The notes under the pieces are model-generated. The model was given only the letters and a program-made list of their open reading frames with translations, had not been told where the DNA came from and did not search any database. The position numbers were made by a program, and so were the translations under genes. Shown here in pieces: positions 42,941 through 64,000 of a stretch of 64,000 nt of DNA; positions within the stretch are counted from its first letter, which is position 1, and each line of letters starts with the position of its first letter. Location: the NCBI GenBank assembly GCA_040954595.2, contig CM082576.2:10915129-10979128 (forward strand), given 5' to 3'. This stretch comes from Balanoglossus misakiensis. Taxonomy: Eukaryota > Animalia > Hemichordata.

Positions 42941-45225
42941 TAGAGGTTGTCGTATTCGTTAAGAAGAGACTTCAAGGGAATAATTGGGAGTTGCTGGAAG
43001 GGAAGGCTGAAGTGTCACTCCCACTGCTCTTAGGCCTTGTTCTTTCATCTGCTTGACACAAATATGCTAGGCAAAGTCAATCCTAAGATTGGCGGCTACA
43101 TGTAGCAGGACTGAGGTGTATTTATTGACACAGCTGCACTCTGGGAAAAGGTTGACCATATGATCTAGAGTACACTTACAGTTTGAGCTTTAAAAAGATT
43201 TTAATCAAAATCAACATGTGTATCTGGTTTGTCAATATTGCAAAAGTCTTTTAAATGCTTGTAGTGCCAGATATATTTTTATATCAATTAACCTGGTGTT
43301 TCACAAAAATAAATGCAGTTTTTGCTGGAACATATAATTGCTTTTGGTGTCAATCATAATTTGTCCTGATTGATGTGTATGGTCTGTTTGATCTGTGTGT
43401 TTCTTTGCCTTGTCCAGTTTATAGAAGTTTATGGTTGTATGATTAGAAGAGTGTAACTGACTTTGGCCACTTGTGGCGCTATAAGTATGCATGCAGTGCA
43501 AGAGGATGGTGTGCTGCCTGGTGTGCAGTCATGCAGCATACAGTGCACCACCCTCTTGCCATGCATGCATAGTTACAGCGCCACCAGTGGCCGAATTCAG
43601 TTCTACAGTTATTGGTACTGTTAGTATTCTACAGTTGGTAGTACAGTGTAATGTTACCGAAATAGATGGCCCTATTGGGCCATGCAGAATAATTGGAGCT
43701 ACAACCATACATGTAGATTCATACCATCAAGGTTGTGTTTGGTTTCAACATGAAATAAATGACCAAGGCCAACACCTTACAGCCTCTACTGTACGCTTCA
43801 TTATGATGTGTATACAAACTTTCCATGGATAACTAAATAGAGAGATTGCATCAGCATCAAGAGATAAAATAAGTGACCCACATCAGTCACATCAAATGAA
43901 ACCTGGTTGATATGTAAATTGTATTGACGTGCACAGAGAGTCACTATTGCCATGTTGGTTTAACTATATACATAACTTTATTTTCGATTCAAATAAAAAA
44001 TGCATACATGATCAGTTTCCACGACAACTACAGGTTTGAGGGCATATTATTTATAATCTATGCCTCAAGGGACACTGGCAGGCACGATGCAACCAGCCAG
44101 GACTCAAACTATATTTCATAACTTGATTTCATTACTTGTACGAAGTCAGCTGTTGTGTTTATGGGATTTAAATAAATATACATGCCATACAAAATAAGAC
44201 ATTATTGCCTACAATAAAGCTTGAGGTTATCTCATTGCATTCAAAGCATATGAATGCATTGTGCGCTACATTATATTAGTGATGAAAAACCCAGAACATA
44301 AACCCTGACATATCAAGAATGTAGCCCTGGGATTGTGCGTGTGTGTGTGTGTGTGTGTCTACTACTGAACATCTGTCAACGTTAATACTGTCTGGAAGTT
44401 TTTTTTATTAATGGCAAACAAAGTCACATGTGTTCCTTGATCACTGTTTACACACACATCACGATAGACATTTTGTAGAATCTTAGAACTACTCTGGTAT
44501 TTTATTACATGATTTTTTTCCCCTTGTGATCTGATCTCCAAATCGTCTGCAAAATTAATGACCCCTGTGTAAACAAATGATTTCAAAATTGAAATTCACA
44601 CAAACCAATTCGGACAACTTGAAAGAAGAACATTGTAATGATTTTCTTATAAACACACAACTGCCAGTATTGCAACACATACACAGGCCAATTACATATG
44701 CACGGAAATTATTAATTTCATGAATTTGTTAAAGAGCACCAAAATTTTTCCAGTTTTGGAGGCAATATAAGATGATCCGAGACTGCCAAATCCACCTTTT
44801 TTCTATGGTAAAATTGGACCTCTATAACGGTAAACAGGGGTGAAAGGGTTAACCGTACTCGGCCATGCAAACAGCAGAATTGACACAAGATATCTACCAG
44901 TATGTTCATACAACATGTTAACTGTCAGATTTTAACATTTACCATGTATGTGGTTTATAACCTGGGATCATGTTCTGGGAAATTTTTATATACTTTGACA
45001 CAAAACAATCTGCACATTATACATGATTCAGAGACTCCATTATCTGTAATTCTATCTCAATTTTATTGAGTAATACTGTCATTTTTTCCATCACTCCTTC
45101 AGTTTTCTGATCAAAGTTTACCTCTACTAGCTGTAAGAACCTCCTTACCAAATCACCAACCAAGATGGAAGTCACAACCACTGTCGCTGTTTCATAGATG
45201 TGAACAGTTTTGCCATTCCTGATAT

Positions 45226-45535
45226 TTAAAGGGACAAAGTCGCTCACTCTGACATTCTGTAGATAAATCTCTTATATTGTTCTGCTCACTGGAACACTGT
45301 AACGCGCCGGTTGTTAAAACTCAACTTGCATCCTGGATACGGGCATATCATGTGAATGCCACTACAACAAATTTTTGGTACTGACCAAAAAATCAGGAAA
45401 GTGTCCATGTCCATGCACATGGCTTGAGTAGATCTGTGACAACTGGTGATTTACCACATGTCAATAGAACAAAATTTCTAAAATGAAACTAAAACAGACA
45501 AAAGTATGTCAAAAGTGAGCGACTTTGTCCCTTAA
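45226..45535. mobile_element. Non-autonomous DNA transposon (MITE) with about 25-bp TIRs and TTAA flanks, Kolobok-like
   Basis: Left TTAA-AGGGACAAAGTCGCTCACTCTGACA and right TGTCAAAAGTGAGCGACTTTGTCCC-TTAA; about 300 bp with no ORF. Confidence 0.75.
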
Positions 45536-46614
45536 AAAGGTCACAGAGAAAAAGCAAACAATTTGGCTTTTCTGCAGGTTGAAAATCTTAAATGAACAGA
45601 AATACAAAATTTACTATATTTTTTGACATAGACCAGCTAGTTAAAACTTACATGAACTATAAACTTGGACAAGTCATCAATAATACAGTATTGTCTGCAA
45701 AATTTGCCACACAATCTCTCACTGTGTTTCCATGAGAAATCCCTGTTATGTGTGGTTCATTAAAAAAATCACTCAAAATTTAAAAATCATTATTGCAAGT
45801 AAAAGCAATACCTTTCTATAACTCATCAATCTAAAACGCAGACTTGCATTTTAATAGGTCCAGCTGGAACACTCGGCCGAATGCCCAAAGTTAAATAGTA
45901 AGTGTACAATGTCTACTTTGATCAAAATTACATCTTAGCAAACTACAGATAAACACTTGTTTTTGACCAGCAACAGAACAGAGATAATCCCACCAAAGTT
46001 TCCGGACCTTACCGTATTGCTAAATTTCATATACATAGAGAGTCCAATACATAACACCCATGATGCAGTCACTGTCACAGGCAAAAAAAAAAACTATGTG
46101 CCTTGTAGTGACAAGTCAGAATTTCAATCCATGATTTTTTTTATTCAAATATACAATGCTTTTCTACCTATTTTTTTTTTTACAATCCTCTGGTTTTTTT
46201 ACAATGTACAAACAAGTTCATTACTCATCAATGGAATGATTTTATTGCCAAAAAAATCCACAGCAAAAAGTAAAAGTAAGTATATTAAAAGTGACAGTAA
46301 ATTTTTCAGAATGATCAGCTGGGCATTCACTTCTCGTTCTAGAATACACTATGATTTTATTTCTATGATATTGGGAAACCTTTACAGCCAGATGGAGTTC
46401 AGTGCAGACAACCTTTACATCTTAAATTACAGAGTTTGTAAAAAATCAATTCTTTACATTACATACATGTATCAAATTCATCTTACATATTTAAATTACA
46501 GATATAGAAGTTAAAATTTTCTTGACAAGTTTTACTGTCTCTCTAAAAGCCTAATTTACATAATGCTCCCAAATATGGAAACCAATTTCCATATATGGTA
46601 TGGTCACGTGACTT

Positions 46615-61910
<15,296 letters not shown>

Positions 61911-64000
61911 CTGCAGATCAAAAGAAAAATGCAAATCTGTTAGTGCACTACGTTTATCTCCAGGAGTGATTAGAGAAGGCCATGAGTAATGTCCCTAAAC
62001 AAGAATTGTGCCCCAATGTAGAATTCATTTCGTCGGTCTTAGTTGGTCATTTTTTTAATCATTTAGTGATCAATGCATTTGCTTCCGACTTGTAAAAAGT
62101 ACAACAAAATGGCCACCTGGCAACCACATTGGATCAGATTGTGAAACAAATCCACATGCACATATTTGCCCCCTAGTACATACATGTACATTTGTATAGT
62201 CCTGTGTCAAGTTTGAAAGAAATTGTCTTGCGCATGTTTGAGTTGCGACTCTGGAGAGGGGCACTGCTGGACACATAGACACATTATAGAGCCCCAAATA
62301 AACGTGCATAAATGCAAAATTATAAATGCACTTGATCACACAACTTCTTTGGCATCGACTTCCACTGGAACATACTACATGTATGTAGAGTAATCAGTGC
62401 ACAACATCATGCAATTTCAAAGTACCCGTAAGCCATTACTGACAACCACTTTTACATCCAAGCCTACCAACCATACACTTCACCCTGTACGTGCAGCAAT
62501 TACAGACGAAAAACACACACTATACAATCATTATGAAATTACACAACTAAATTAGAATCGCAGGGAAATGATGATGATCCTGGCTTGTCGTTGGATGCAG
62601 CCTGATTGTCTGACGAGCTCTCGTCGTAATTTGGTTGGGTTCTCTCTGGAGACAACCAACAATGGCTGCTGAAAATCCTGATCGATTTTCACAGGCAAAC
62701 TTATTATTGTCTGGGATCAGAATGATTCCCTTAATCACGCAATCTCTCATCTAGAAAATGTAATTATTTCCCAAGGTAAACTCAGAATAGACCATACTTG
62801 CTAAAAATTATTCTTGATATTTTTCTTGAGAAATCTGATGTCATGCCTGTACATTGCACCCTCTTTCGACCCACTTCTGTGTGCATCGATTAACTGTAGG
62901 ACTATGCATGAAATAATGATCTGAGCATGATTCAGTCCTCAAATCAATATATCCCTACAAACTATCATTATCAACAATCATTATATGTCTTCCCATATGG
63001 GACAACACCACTATCCATGACAACTTCATCCCTGTGACAATGACTGTACACAAGCTTGAGAAATCAAATTTCTAATTTACAAAGTGGTGCAAGGCATTTC
63101 ACTTGTTTTACCGAAACCCACTTGTGTGATGATCAGATTAAAAAAAGATATGCAATTCATCTGTCTGAAGGTGAAGTACTTTATCCTTGGTTGCAATTGT
63201 GCACTTTGAAAGATGAATAGAAAAAAAAATTAATGTCACTTAAGAAAATTTGAGATAATTGTGCCAAAAGAAACCCAGTCATGCAACAATGGTTTCCGTT
63301 GTTTGTGTACGTTTGAAAAGTTGCCAAAACGCCTACTGAGACTTTCAATCTCACCTTGAAATGTGTATAAATTATGCAATTAGCAAATTGTTTTTGTCCA
63401 TGGCTGTTTTTTGAGAACACTGTTCAAATTGCGAAGTGAGTACATCCTGGCATATATTGCCATTATGTGGGTGTTATAGCCATCAGTGAATATGGACAAA
63501 TGGACAAGGATTTTACAGATGAATACTCAAGGACCTTGATGAAAATTTATACAAGGCCACTAATTTTAATACTGCATTGTGCAATCAAGATAATGGAATA
63601 AGTCACTTAACGCTTAAGATTATTTCCACAATGAATGAATTATATTTTTCAAATAATGGATGATGGATCTTCATCTGTCATTGGCCCACTTTCAGTTTTC
63701 TTTGTCAGTTCTCACACACTGCTGTGAACTTTCTTTTCCAAAGCATCCATCTGGGGTTCAGTTCGCCAGTGAGGCAGGCTGGAAAATTTATTTTTTGGCA
63801 ACTATATAAGACATAGACATTTTCTGGGCTTTGGTAAAGGCACCCGATTTGAATCATGGGTATAGTGATGCTCCTTGACCTAGTGACCGGTAATGGAAAC
63901 AATAATCCAAATTGCCAAAAACATAAAAGTCTAAGTACCGATTAACCGGTATATATATTAAAGGTTATGGAGCAAAGTAAAGCCATACCCATGATTTAAG

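Noticed and set aside
45957-46514. 185-aa plus-strand ORF
   Set aside because: AT-rich, non-ATG start, antisense to the MSK 3'UTR, with no coding signature.

Overview
Intron-rich animal genomic DNA, not prokaryotic. Gene content and repeat style suggest a marine invertebrate deuterostome such as a hemichordate, which is an inference only. Most entries in the ORF track are spurious, so genes were rebuilt by hand from GT-AG boundaries. Eight protein-coding genes are supported: (1) a 10-exon CPA-type M14A procarboxypeptidase (+, 715-6974); (2) an unannotated secreted 227-aa protein (+, 20756-23582); (3) Churchill/CHURC1 (+); (4) TRMT6 (-); (5) an intronless 661-aa ORF of unknown family (+); (6) a prodomain-less, membrane-anchored M14 carboxypeptidase (-); (7) PRORSD1/ProX (+); (8) the 3' part of an MSK/RPS6KA5 dual kinase (-) with a very long low-complexity tail. 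The standout is gene 2. It has a signal peptide, a furin site, a 189-aa mature region with a four-helix pattern resembling LIF/CNTF/CT-1/IL-11-type cytokines, and four phase-0 introns. It also has an NF-kB/AP-1/CRE/GAS-rich TATA promoter, an ARE-rich 3'UTR, and about 13 kb of upstream sequence with duplicated enhancer-like modules and an IRF site. It is a strong candidate for an invertebrate IL-6-family (JAK/STAT) cytokine. Similarities to named vertebrate proteins and human map positions are recalled from memory, not from searches.
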